In this document: piece by piece, positions 1 through 13,907 of the stretch | How positions within the stretch are numbered: the stretch's first letter is position 1 | How the letters are laid out: every line of letters begins with the position of its first letter | Source: Azolla caroliniana | Taxonomy: Eukaryota > Plantae > Polypodiophyta | Direction of reading: 5' to 3' | DNA: 64,000 nucleotides | NCBI GenBank assembly: GCA_043228905.1 | Contig: JBHGNT010000105.1 | Location: 1-64,000, forward strand | Notes under the pieces: generated by a model | What the model saw: only the letters and a program-made list of their open reading frames with translations | Database searches by the model: none | What the model was told of the DNA's origin: nothing | Made by a program: the position numbers and the translations under genes

Positions 1-188
1 AATATACGATCATGTGCATGATTGCTCCTTGTAGCTTTTAAGGTAACATCATGTGCATAAATTCTCCCTTGTTTATTTACATTTGGCACATGCATGCGTA
101 CATACATGCTCTATTGTATCACATGCATGCCACTTAGTATAAATATTTGAGTTCACCTTGAATGAATTCAAGGCAAACAACATAGTTC

Positions 189-1460
189 TTGGGGTTACAT
201 TGGGCTGAATTGGATAATGGTATAGCTACCACAATAGCCTCTTGGGGAAATTATGTTTGTCATCTTCATAATTCTCAACTTGATGCTTCCATGTGTAGGG
301 GTTTTAGATCTATGTTTGATGCAATTCAATTATCTTTAGGGAATTTTCTCTCTAATTGGTCACCTTCTTTTGTGCATATTTGGTTTGGATACTTTACTCC
401 GTTTGGTGTTATTATAGGAGTAAATGGAACAACGTCTTAAGTAAGAAATTGCATCCACCATCCGTTATGAAAGTGTGGTTGGCAAATGGGGCCTTTTTAA
501 TGTATGCATCTAAATATTGGAAGTGGTTATGGAGTATGCAGATTGCCAAGAAGATCATACTGGTTCGTTGGTTTTTGATGCATTATGCATTACCGGCTCG
601 GGCCTGGTTATGGCAAATACATTGTAAGTCGTATGGATTTGGTTGTGGTTATATGATGGAATCAATTAACCATGTGTTGTGGTCTTGTCTAAAATTACGC
701 TAGTATGGAAGGGAGTTTTAAGGCTCTTGGTATTGATACATGCTAATTGTGTGATCACTTGGGGTGTTGTTAGGTGGGGCATTCTAGAGGGACAACTATT
801 GTTGTATGAAAAGGAGGATATAGTGGAGCTTTTCACATAGTTCCTCCTCATGTACAAATTGATCAAACTTTTCTGTTTGACAGGTTGCAAATTAGGGATG
901 ATATTATTTGGAAGACAATTTCATCTATTCTGATGTGGGTGATTTGGAAGGCGTGATGTACATCAATTTTTGACAATGTCACTCACGATGTTTCTATTAT
1001 AATTGCTTAATTCTAGTTGTTGCTTATTCATACATTACGTGGTCAATACGAAAGTTTTACAAGCAATGTTAATGCTATTTCAGGAAGCAAATGCACTTTA
1101 AAAGGTTATGGGATTCAAATGCTTGCTTTTAGGGAAGATGGAGATCACATTATATGGATGTATATTGTTCTCATAATTTTGGGAAACAATGTCTACTAAC
1201 TTTGTTTATGGATTTTGTTGCTACAGATGTTGGTGGTATAGGCTACATTGCATGTTCATTTGCAATTTGGGAGGAATAAACCACAATAATCTTGGAGATA
1301 TGGTATACAAATATGTGTGGTTATTGTATGTATATACACATCAAATCGGCCATTATGTGAGTACAAGGGAATCGGTTGGTATATTAGTTTATCCAACACA
1401 ACTTTTGTATTTCTTATGATTTTATAATACCAAGATGTATCTTTTTGTAATAAAAAAAAC
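189..1460 (+). mobile_element. Degenerate 3' end of an L1-type LINE (ORF2 zf-RVT region) with A-rich tail
   Basis: ORF 356-703 has KYWKWLWSMQIAKKIILVRWFLMHYALP and ESINHVLWSC, matching the plant L1 zf-RVT pattern (W..IW...KI....W.L...LP / E...HL...C). About 900-975 reads IIWKTISSILMWVIWKA*CTSIFD, the W.IW..R...IF motif with an in-frame stop. The region is broken by stops and frameshifts and has AATAAAAAAAA at about 1449-1459. Confidence 0.7.
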
Positions 1461-4400
1461 ATCAAATCATTTATGAATTAATGAGTCACTCTTGATATTA
1501 TTCATGGATTAATATATTCAAATTTGCAATCACTATATTTGTAATGAGTTCCTTACTATTGGAGAAACAATCCACATAATGGTATCAAAACATTTTTTGT
1601 CTACTGTTCTACTACCATAATGCTTATCTCAATTAAGTTTGCTTTTGATTCATGCTAATTACGATGAAAAAACATAGATTAATCACGCAAAGCATTGCTT
1701 GGAATCCATTTCTGAACCTCAAGAGGAAGAAACCAAAAACATAATCTTAAGATTACGCTTTATTATCAAAGAATCTAGCTAGTACGTATGAAGTACAAAT
1801 CAATGCAACCAATTAGTATTTGAGCAGGAACATACCAAACACCATGAAAGACAAACATATAGGCTTTTGTGTTGTTAAATTCCCCCTAGTTTAGTGATAT
1901 ATTCATAATGCTTAACCATCAAGCATGTGAGCATTCTCATTTTAACTAATTCCCAAACCAACAATTACAAAGAAGCTTCTATGATGGTAAATCAATAGGT
2001 AAGCAAGTAATGATGAAAATGTGAACGTACACTACCAAATTTGGCAAGAATAAGATTTGGCATCCATTGACGATTCACATAACACAATGTGATACTCAAC
2101 ATCCGCTCTATCTCCCTTTAATTTATCGCCATCTTCTAATTCTTGAAGAATGACTTTAATAAATGTCTCTCTTGTTTAGTGTCTTATTAACTTTTTTTTT
2201 TGTTACTAAAACATTTACCTTAGTTATTACTTGAACATTGTACATGGAGAAAACAGAAGAAAACTTTTCATCTCACTTCTAACGTGATACAAAGGCTTAG
2301 TATAAGCATTTGATCAAGCAGATGTTCTCATATATGAAACAAAGAGAACAATAAATATCAACTATACAACATAAAAGAAGGTATGGCATAATTCCACTTC
2401 ATCCTAGAAGTTGTATCCGAAAATAAGTGAAGTCCTTGCCATTGGTTCTTAAAGGCCACTTGCCTTTGCCACAGGACATCATCCAAACCTTGTAGATCAC
2501 CATATTGACCACGTAGTAGACAACTAATATCTTATAAACATTTTTGTATGATCCTTAGGACGTTTTAGATAACAAAACCATGTTTAGACAATCTTCATGA
2601 AGCCTTAGTGTTTGAGCAACAACCATTGTTTTACTGCTTCAACATTCTTTAGAGGGTGTGATAGTCCTATTCAACCAAATTACCTCTAATTGGGTAGTCC
2701 AACCATGCCTTCAAACATTCAGATGCAAATATAAAACATTGAATGGGCCTAGTTGATATTGTGCCTCTTGAACATGTTGCCTTCTAGACAATGTCACCGA
2801 GGTTGTCACGACTTTGCTCCCTCGTCTAGATTTGAACTAGCATGTAGGTAAACCTTCTTCGTTGGTAACCCAATAAAACTTTTATAGGCTCGCGGAGTTC
2901 AACATCGTCATAGAATTATTTCCATTCTATTTCCATGTTCTTCCTCTCCCATTGGCTCAATATAAGCACCCATGTAGAAATAAAGCTATTTTTTAGCCAA
3001 ACCTAAAAAGCAAATTAAGCATCTTGCCTTTATGTTTTTGTCCTAAAAGAAATAGAAAAAACACTCTATATAACCTTTAAAAAAAACTACGAAACATACA
3101 CATTCCTTATACAAAGGCCTTGTATTCTCTTTTGAACATGAAGCATTTGCTTATTTCATCATCCCATCTTGAGAGAGAGAGAGAGTTGTGTGTATTTTCA
3201 TCATATTTTTTAGAGGATTGTTGTATTGAATTTGACACAACAATCCCATGGTTTAGTTTGTGATTTCAATTTCATCTTTCATTTCTATTCTGTTGCAATA
3301 ATTACAGTTGGGCGTCCCTTTCCACAACATTCTATCAACCCAAATCAAATAATTTACCAAATTCTTTAAGTTTTTATCAAGTGGTGCTTGCTTGTAAGAG
3401 CTCGCTAATTCTGCTCACAAGGAAGCGAAAGAAGAGGCAACACCAAGAATGCTCTAAAGGAATAAATTGTCATTACTTTTATGAAGAAGAGAATTTAAGC
3501 ACGAAACCAAATACTTTACCATCTTTACTGTTATGATGGTCATGCTACTCCTACTGAGATGCATTCCAAGGGTAGCACCCATAGATAAGTTGGTTTAGAA
3601 GTTCAAGAGGGAGTTCGATGATAGAACATGAAAGTGTAAAAAATGCTTGTTTCAAAAGCTTTTTATAAATGCATGGATTAGGATTAAATCCCTATACCTA
3701 TTCTCAAGAATATAGTGTTAGGGCTATTGTTGGTGGTAACTTGTAAGAGTCATCCAATTTATTTCTAAAATAATAATAATATGTGCGAGAAAACAAATGT
3801 GTGTGCATTGGTATCTATAAAGTATATGGCAATAAGTATAAAAGTGTTTTCCCATTGGAATACCTTGTCCCTAATGTGTCCCTCTGTTTTTAAACATCAT
3901 GTGCTTTTGCAAGCAAAGCACAAATACAACCAACGCTAAGACTAGGTGTGTTTGTGTTTTATGAGGTATCCATAAAGTAGATTGTGATATGCTATGAGAA
4001 ATGTTCCTTGTGAGAAAGAGGCTTTTTCTATTATCTAGTGTGTTTGACATCATGAGGGTTCTAAGAGGAGCAACATACCTACATATGTATAAGTTAAAGT
4101 GTGCTCAAGCATAGATTGTGGATATATTTGTTTTTTTAAACATGCATTTGAGCTAATATACACAAGGACACCACCGTATGGGATAAGGGTTTCATCCACA
4201 TGGTGTATCTTTTGTTCTTACTTTAACTTATAACATTATTGAGGAATATAATTTTTTGCTTTCAATATAAGGCAAGGAATGGGACCAAAGTTCAATGGAA
4301 GAATATGAAAGGACCGCACAGTGTGACAAACTATCTAGCATTTCTGCCCTTTGATGTACGTGCTAATAATTGATAATGAAGACGATATATTTGACTTTGA

Positions 4401-7400
4401 GTGTAGAACTGAGCATACCCCAAAATGGCATATATAGCTCTTAGTTTCTGCTATCATAATTTCAAGGTGGTAGAATGCATTGTGTTATAATCGATACCTT
4501 GATCATTGTCTTCCAATATCATTTTGTATAATACACACGACAATCATCTTTATTGTGTGCACTAAAACTCTCGAACTCATTTACAAAGCGTTAATGGCAT
4601 TGTTCTAGATATGACCTTGATATGGTGGAATGTTGAACATCGTCTACGTAAATTCAACCATTAACAAAACAAACTTAGAAACCTTGAACCAGAGAATGTG
4701 AGTGTGTTTGGTAGAAGTAAACACAATTGTTTAGAAGCCATACGTCTAGAAATTCTTATTAAATTTCCTTCAATGTGGGGCCTTGTCTATTCAAGTATTC
4801 CAATGCTAATGCAATAAAACGCGTGTTTAGTAATTATCCACTTCAAAGAGCAAAGATGTGTCGATTTTCAATAATGTTGCCATGTCTAAAAAGGATCAAT
4901 CCAATCTCAAAAAATTCAAACATGTAATTTGTTTCTGTAGAGACTATGATTTGATGAATTTGGTTATTTTCTAGAACTTGATGTTGACCAACAAACTGTA
5001 TGGCCAACACATGGGTAGAAATGCTTAATATGAATATGGATATTAGTTAAGCCATTTTATTCATGGCCATGCTTACTCTATTGGTTTTATCCTATTACCA
5101 CCATTAAAATTTATCTTTATATACACGTATACATATTTCATTTTATGAGTAAGTGTGTGAGTTGGTGCCCAACTTATTTCTGAAGATCTAAAAAATAATC
5201 TTTATGTGAATATGGAACTTAAAGACATTCACATGTGCAACAATGTGGACAATGCATATGTTCGAACCATGGTAGCGATAACTATATTATTGCTTGAAAT
5301 GAACTATTGACCTATGGCAAGTTGTGTCTGTAGAAGTATCCATGATAAAGACAAGGTGTCCCCATGTCCACTCTTACATTGTGAGTATTTGAAAGAAGGT
5401 ACACTGTTGTTTGGAACCATGGTTTGATGCCCACTTGAGGTGTAATTGAGTCATCTACATGTGAATGTCAATGTTTAATGTTGGGAATAAGTGGAGAATC
5501 AAGATTTGAATATAAATAACATTAGGTATCATCCTTTGGCTTCTCGTTTCTATATTTAGATAATAACACGTGTAGAATGTGATGCATTACTTCATATTTG
5601 TTTATATAGAGAGGACCTTAAATTTTGGAAAACAATTAACAAAGATAATGTTTATTGGAGAGACAAAGATTAGCAAAAGGGTATAGAGTAGAATTGATAT
5701 TTATAAAGGGCAATTGTTTAAAATTGAAGGGGATTATGACATGAAAACATTGCAGAACTAGAAAAAACTTATTTTTTGCTTGCCATTAAGGCTGTCAATA
5801 AAAACCTTGGAGGCATTACCTAATAGAGAGGATGCTATCCAAACTTTTGTTTGCTAACTAATGCGAAGTAGTGATTTTTTGGAAAAAAGAAAAAAGAAAA
5901 AGAATGCGCTCTTTTCAAAATCACATATATGCCAAATCCACTACTATGACAACTTCAAGTCTCTAACCTTGGATTATTAATCAATTCACCATAGGCATTG
6001 CCACTAACATCGAAAAACCCCAACCTACATTGACCTTATCGAGGCATTTACTATTGAACCTCCAGTTTGCCCTCGTGTAGCTATGCATGTGCATGTTACC
6101 AAACACTTTGATCAAAGGAATCATCCACCAATAGGTTATTATAAATTGAACGTTGATGACATGTTCGCTTCAAATTGGTGAATAATATGCTTATCCTACT
6201 AAGTCTTTAATGAACGAAGAAAAGGATGGCAAATATCGACCTTCTTGTCTTGCCTTGTATACTAGTAACAACTAATAGCTAGCAAGATCTGCATAAAGCA
6301 CTCATCATAGCTGAAGAAAATCCACATGTCATGTATATACACAATACCTATGCATTAGAGAGCCTATGCTACTTTCATGTTGTACATACAAAAATATATC
6401 ATTTTTGCACACCTACACAAGTAAGGTTACTATAACAATAACATATACAAAAAAGACATCACTTTGCCACATCCATCTCCATGATAACACCAACATGCTT
6501 GAGCACCCCACATGATTCAAATAATGTACCTACGATTCATGGCATCACTAGCTATGGTACGCTCCTCAAGACACAAGTTATATATATTCTCTCCCCCAAC
6601 ATTTTTAATTATAGTCAACTCAAACGGTTTTTTTTTAATGGACGCGCCCCTTAATTTAGATATGAAATGATGGATGTTAAGAGGTAAGATTGTCTAAATG
6701 AGGTCTCTAATATTTTAGAATCACCCCAATCCAATTAATGGAACGCCCTCAAATGTTAATAAGGATTGAAGCAAACAAATATACTTATGGTTAAACTTAC
6801 AACTTATTCTTCATGCTAAAAGGTGGTGGCAATCACGAAGGTCTAAATTGTTCCAAGTGTACCATACATAACTAGTATGATCAATTATTTGTTGGTACGA
6901 GTTCTTCTACCAATCAGATGGAGAAATAAGTTTTTGACCCAATCGTCAAAGTTGGTTCCAACATGCGTAGAAACTCATCCTTCATCAGGGCAATTCCATA
7001 AAAGGCATTTGCTTGTGTAGAAGGTTTTGCTCCTAGTTGCTTTCAAGTTCAACCCACGATTTCAAGAGAGGAATTCCAATTTCAAACTTTGTCTAATCAT
7101 GGGCCTTGTCTTATATATAATATTCTACTGGGCTTTCTTGTATAGGAGTTGGGCTCACTTCAAGCTTTTGAAGGTCTAATGGTAGCCATTGTCCTAAAGT
7201 GATTTTCCATGCAATAAATGCTAACTATTGTTAACGTTGGTGTAGATACACGTATCCACGGGTAGACTTAAGGAAACACATAGAACAATAATGCCAAAGT
7301 GTGACTTATTTCACAAATCATAAAGAAAGACAATTCATTCATGTCGGTCGGAATAAATAAAAGCAAGACACTTTCATGCAAGTAGGTCCGAATAATAGTG

Positions 7401-8165
7401 AGGATGATAATTCTTCTAGAAAATACAAGAGAGAAAGAGAGTGGGTAGAAATCATGTTACTTCCAAATTTAAGGTAGAGCAAAGAGAATCTACACATGCT
7501 TACAATCATTTGTCGTGCTCAATCAAAATTCTAATAAGTGGATTGTGGGTCTTATTATTTATATAAAAACATATGCTTAGTGAACACATTGCTTGCTCTT
7601 CCTTGGCACATGATTGAATTAATTTGATGTTTATCATTAACCGATGGACCACTACCGCCCTATACTTTATTAATATTTCTAATATATTACTACCCCATGC
7701 GGATATGAATCTATTATTATTGTGTGTGTGTGTGTGTGTGTTTGCATCAGTAAGCTATAAATCCTCCTTTGCTTGACCAAGGATCTAATAAGTAACATTT
7801 TGTGAAGGGTATTAAAATGACTACATTGTTAATATGCTCAACTTTCTTGTTTGAAAGAATGATAGATGGAAGTGACTATATTCCGAAGGTTCCAAGCAAG
7901 GTCTGAAGCCATCCCACAATGTCGTCTTTGAACTTCGTTTAAACCAAACCCACTTTCGTGAGGTGTTCTAAAAGGTATGCGAGGTGGGCACAATTGGTGT
8001 GATAGATAGAATGATCTTGGTGTACTAGTTTTGATCCAACGTAGTTGTCACACACACATATATTGTTATTATAGGATGTGTGATTACATGAGAGGGGAAT
8101 AGCTTGACTCACATGTGCATGATGCACACATGACAATGTCTGCTCGAGCATATATTGAATGGACA

Positions 8166-8207
<42 letters not shown>

Positions 8208-8944
8208 AGTAGACGCGCATGCTCACGAAATAGAATGGCTTCGCATGAAGAAGAGAAGACCATTGTGTGAGAGAAAAACACCGATCTCTCAGTGATGGAC
8301 TTGTAATGGTGTAGTTTTCCGGAGATGAAATGAGTCACTCCTTTCACCAAATGTGTACACACACACACACACACACACAAAACAAAATCAGAAAATGGAG
8401 AGGGGAGGGGGGGCCACATTCATTTTCCTGTGTTCTTTTTTTTAAGAAAGAGGGAGAGCTCAGAGTGATATACATATAAATCATAGCAACTAAAAACCCA
8501 GGTTTTGAACCCATGACCTCCTCACAGAGGAGGGGGGGAGCAGGACAGAATTAGAGATTACAGTATGTACATAAAATCATGCTGCCTCTGCTTCCCTAAT
8601 TTTTGAACGATTCAATTAAACAAACCAGAAACCAAAAGAATTAGACAACAAGCACACATCAGAACAAGATCGAGAGAAAACAGGAGGAGAGAACTTCTTC
8701 TCCTTTCTTTCCTGCTTTCGCTTTCGCTTTTTGCTTTTTTTGCTTTTTGCTTTTTTGCTTTTCATTGGAAGGGGGGGGGGGGGGGTGTGTCTCTCACATG
8801 GCAAAGCTAAAACGCACAGCCTCGCCCTTCTTCTTCTTCTTCTTCTTCTTCTTCTGCTTCTTCCTCCCTTCCTCTCTTCATCCTTTCTTATGACAGCTTC
8901 CCAAATCTACCCCTTTCTTCCTGTGTTGCCCAATTGTGGCGGCC

Positions 8945-11080
8945 ATGGCGAAGCTCATTCATGTCATCTCTGTTTCCGATGCCAATGGTAAGCGGAGTGG
9001 TCGAAATGCTGACCATAACCACGACGGATTCTCTGCAGAATGCAGGATCTGCCACGAAGAAGAAGAAGATATGGTGAACTTAGAGAGACCCTGCGCTTGC
9101 TCTGGAAGCATACAGGTACCCTACCTGTCAGAATTCAATCATTTGTTTGATTATATGTTTGTTTCTCTTTCTTTCTCATTATCAGTGAAGCAATCCTGTT
9201 CTGTGTTTCTGTTCCGGTGTTTTTAGTGTCTGATTTTTTATAACAACATATTTTACTGCTGTGAAATAACGCAGTATGCGCACCGAAAGTGTGTTCAGCG
9301 CTGGTGTGACGAGAAGGGCGACATAATCTGCGAGATTTGTCAACAGGTAATTATTTTCTTTAGGTTTTCTTTTTTCTTTTTTCTCTCTCTCCATCTGATG
9401 AGCTGGTTGGTTTAAATAAAATCACTGTTGTCCTTCATTAGTTAGGGCTTGTCACTACTTGTGATGAAGTGCTTCCTCCTCTTCAAAACCAATATATCCT
9501 GTTTAATCAAGATCACTCAACATTAATGACTCGGTTCTTTGCGCATGATCGAGCAAGGAACCCTGTAATACCAAGCAGATCATAGATAGCTTGTTATACT
9601 AATTATCAGGGTGGATTAATTGCAATTCTGTTGATGTAATTAAGTGTCCGATTGAAAACCAAGTCCAAAATTAGGAAAGGGGTTTTCATTTGTGGTAATA
9701 ATTATGGAATATGGGTCTTTTATTGGTCTCCTAATTTCTGTTATTATTCCTGCTAATTTTACGTTGATTATTTGCAGCCTTTCAGGAGCGGCTACACTGC
9801 CACAGCATCTCCACTTTCACGCAACGAAATCGCTGTGGATTTCGGGTATTTTTTGTTCAAAAGATATTACCTGCCTAATTACGTAATTAATGCCCCCTCG
9901 GGTGAGGAATGAAGAGTGCCATTAAAATTAATGTCTCTCCTGAATGAAGAGTTGGGATGGTGCCCAATTGATAGTATATAATTAGTAACTCATCAAAAAG
10001 ATTAATTTATTTGTTGTTGTCAAACGTGTGAATAAATATACATAAATAGCGAGGAATACAGCATGGAGCTGCAAGTGGCGATGGCGGCGGCTCAAAGGCG
10101 GTTCTTGGACGCCCAATACGAAGAGGCCAACTCGAGTAGCGCTGCCTGTTGCCGCTCGGCTGCCCTAATCGTAAGTAATCATCATCACTCCCTCTAAAGC
10201 AATTTCCGTTAATCATCGTTCAGAACCCTCGACTCTGCTAATCACATCTTTTTTCCTGTTGCTAAACTCCTGTGCTAGCTGCATTCAGTAATTGTTAATG
10301 AACCCGACCCACACCCTTAATCACACCTTCTCTCAACCCTTACTCCTTAATCACTGGTTTCATTTAAGTACACGAGCTCCTTCAATTTGCTAATCACGTC
10401 CCTTAATTATTGAACCGGATATTAAAACCCTAAAATTATTATGCTTAACAACCAAGCCATCAAAATCAAGGGCCATGAGAGTTTGAAAGAGCATTTATTT
10501 AACTTCCGAATCTCTAGGTTCTTCAAATTAAAATCTTTTACTTATATCATTCAACTTCATGCATTCAAACTCCAGGAAGGGAAGCCCCTGAGGGAATAAA
10601 GGGAAAAAGCTATAGAAATGAAACCCTAAAAAACCCTTGATTATACTTGATATGTATGTATATGTATGCACAGGAGCACAAATCTCTGTTTCCTAGGACC
10701 TATATTGTTACTGTAGGGGTAAGTAACATTTGTATATTGTCCAAAGGGGGAAACTGTAGTGTAGTGTACAGTGTACACACATAGACAGACCTCTGTGTCC
10801 ATAACAGAGGGGCCAATCTGTTCTTTTGATGGGGTTTGGTGTGGTCTACCCATCCAATCCAATCCATCCATTGGTACTAACTCAAATAGCACCTACATAT
10901 GTATTTAAAAAAGGGCCCATCTTTTCAGCCTGCTATATATATATATATATAGGCCCCTCCTCCTGCTTTCACACTACCTATGGGAGGGACCCTGTTGATT
11001 GCATCACATTTTCCAGGTCTTCCAAAATGGAACCGCTACTGCCTTTAGCAAGGATAGCCACAATATTTGACCCACATTCG

Positions 11081-11119
<39 letters not shown>

Positions 11120-12481
11120 AGTGTGTGAAGCCAACATAAGGTAGTAGCCACAATATTTGACCCACATTGGCATCCTCTCTCTCTCTCTCTCTCTATAATT
11201 GTGTGAAGCCAACATAAGGTATTCCCACACGAGGAACATCGATATTGTTGTATCACATTCTTCTATATAAACCCTTATATAGATTTAACACGTTGCCACA
11301 ACCCACATATTGCATGCGACTAAGGATTGACATTAGTTCACAATACAAGACGTAGTCGTCGAAGATTCATGTCTTTGCTCTTAGGGGCGTTTTCAACGGT
11401 TAAAAGTAGGGTGGGTTAGTATTTTTCCTTTCCGTAGTAGAGTAGAGCACATAATAGTTTGTTGTATGTTCCTTTCCGTAGTAGAGTAGAGCACATAATA
11501 GTTTGTTGTATGTTCGAGCCCAAGGTTGAACCAATCTTCCTGGACAAATCAGAATGCTCACTATTGTTATGTAATTGGTATGGGTTTTGATGCTAACTTG
11601 TTGGAATTAGGGATCCTTGTCTCTCCGCATTGTACCTTGCAAATGAACATCCCTCTTCATCCCAACGTGGGAAATTAAACAAGAGAATGACTTAGTAATG
11701 TCCCCAAATTATGCATTTTTACTATTCTCGAGGTTCATGTGATTTCTTGATTCAATGCTCATACTTTCAAAATGGTTATTTAAGTAGGTAAATGAACCAT
11801 GGTAAAACTATTTCTTTTGGTTGTTAGGTTTCCAATGTAAAGGTGTCATTAAAAACTTGTCATTTTCTTATGTTTATTATAATTGTAGTTAATGGCGTTG
11901 TTGCTTTTGCGCCATGCAATTGCCATGGCCACAGTTACGATTCACACGAACGAGGATGCATCAATGTTTTTCACGGTATATGCTTGTATATCTATGCCTA
12001 CAATTCGTTAGAAAGCATATGAACCTTCTAACAACTTTAAATTTTTTTGGTTGTTTAGCTCTTTGTCCTAAGGGCCGTTGGCTTTCTCCTACCTTGCTAC
12101 ATCATGGTGAGAGCCATGAATATGCTACAAAGAAGAAACCAAAGACAGGTAAGGTTGATGGATATTGATCATTAAACGAAGGCCCTAGGCTAGGTGTGGG
12201 TAGATGTTTATGTGTACATAGGGATGGATATACATGTGTCTTCAGTGCGAGTATGTTTATGTTCACATGTGTAAATGTTAGAAACACACATGTTTTGTCA
12301 AACATAACTAATGAGACATGCACAACATCGGGGTGTATGTAATTACGCTTACATGCAGGATGTGGCCATGGCGGCCGCGGAGGTTGCCCTTCTCCTTCAA
12401 GCAAGCCAATCACAACATATTCTCTCTCTAGCTCCTGGCAACCCTCAAGCCTCGTTGTCAGTCCACTCTTTACGAGGATGA
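8945..12481 (+). CDS. RING-variant (RING-CH/MARCH-type, C4HC3) membrane E3 ubiquitin ligase with DUF3675 C-terminus, ~243 aa, 7 exons
   Basis: Exons 8945-9115, 9275-9346, 9778-9845, 10050-10170, 11889-11975, 12059-12148 and 12359-12481 are all GT-AG and phase-consistent (732 nt). Motifs: CRIC...PCACSGSIQYAHRKCVQRWCDEKGDIICEIC, AACCRSAALILMALLLLRHA and LFVLRAVGFLLPCYIM. Confidence 0.93.
11057..11221. repeat. Two-copy ~85-bp tandem duplication containing (CT)n, in RING intron 4
   Basis: GCCACAATATTTGACCCACATT(C/G)GCATC(CT)nATAA(G/T)TGTGTGAAGCCAACATAAGGTA occurs twice with different CT lengths. Confidence 0.9.
11425..11515. repeat. Perfect ~45-bp tandem duplication in RING intron 4
   Basis: TTCCTTTCCGTAGTAGAGTAGAGCACATAATAGTTTGTTGTATGTTC is repeated back to back. 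Confidence 0.9.
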
Positions 12482-13707
12482 TTCGCATTTTTGCGTATAC
12501 TCGTGCAATCAATGATCTAATGTTATGTTATCTATGTAACCCACGGAGAATGGGAAACTAGAGCGAAAAAATCTCTTCCACATTCCCAGCTTACTCACAC
12601 TCAAGATTCAAGAATGTAGTTTGAACTTCATAGTTACAAACCTTGTAAGCATCCTATACCAACATGCATATAAATATACATGAATATATTTATATGCGTT
12701 TTTTATACCTATATATTGGCCAACATTTCTTTAGGATGATAAATCAATCACATGTAAAGAGGATTTATGAGTGGGGGTTATATGCTACTCAAGATTTGTA
12801 CATTTTTCAACTTAAAATTATCTATTTTTCGAAACATCCGTGTGTTAATCACATTGTATTATTTTTATTTTTCACATACATAAATTTCCCTTAATTTATT
12901 ACATTATATTATAAAACAGAAACTCCTTATAACAAATAATAGTTACAACTTACAATCTGTATACATGAGATCCATCAAGTGTCAAACAACAGTGAAAGGC
13001 AAAGCTGACACAACCTGTATGTCCATCAGAGACTTGGGCTCTTGAAAACGTGGTGCTTGTAATTGATTTCGTGTCAGATCACTGAGCAAAGTAGAAAATG
13101 CAAACACTAAAGAGGAAAATTTTGAGCCTGCAAAAGCTTTTGGTTGCTTTGTCATATAACTACTGACTATTTCTATCCTCCAATGAACTTTACACATTTG
13201 ACAAGTTCATTGTGCGCTTTCTTTTTTCTCAAGTTCATTCTATGGACACGAGATTTGAATAAAGACATCCTAAGTTTTATATTGTATAAACATTTTGTTT
13301 CAAAACGTAGCTCCTAAAAATATTGTCTCTACTTTCATTTTACTTTACATCTTACCTTAGAGTATGTAAACTTTAATAAACACCACCACACTCGTGGTGA
13401 GTCTAGCCTACAATAGCAGAGTTAGTAAAAATACCATTATTGCCCTAATGACTCCAACGCAAAAAGCTCTTCTTCCAACCCAATGCACTAAGCTCGGATT
13501 CCAACCCACTATGACATGTGATTGATGCCAATTTTATTTCAATTTCTTGTCTAGTATTATTAGTGGTTACATCGAACATTTACTAGCTCTTGGTGTACTT
13601 TCGAGAGGCAATGAGTAACCTTGCAACAAAACCTTTTAGTTTTGTGAACCTAACTTAAAAATACTAGAGTTCAATTATTCTACCTTTGTTAAGAGAGATT
13701 TAGCATT

Positions 13708-13709
<2 letters not shown>

Positions 13710-13764
<55 letters not shown>

Positions 13765-13826
13765 GCACGCACGCACGCACGCAGGCAAATGCATGTATGG
13801 TTGATTATGGCTATTACTTTTCCTTT

Positions 13827-13869
<43 letters not shown>

Positions 13870-13907
13870 AGAGATCTTGAACATATGTGTGTGTGGGGGG
13901 GGGGGGG
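13710..13907. repeat. Compound microsatellite (CT)n(CA)n(GCAC)n ... (GT)n plus a G-run
   Basis: Directly visible simple repeats. Confidence 0.95.

Noticed and set aside
1500-8000. Probable old TE-derived intergenic DNA
   Set aside because: No recognisable protein motif, TIR, LTR or TSD by eye; the same applies to ~14-18.5 kb and ~32-35 kb.
8497-8545. tRNA T-arm/B-box-like GGTCATGGGTTCAAAACC on the minus strand
   Set aside because: No A-box or cloverleaf; at most a SINE trace.
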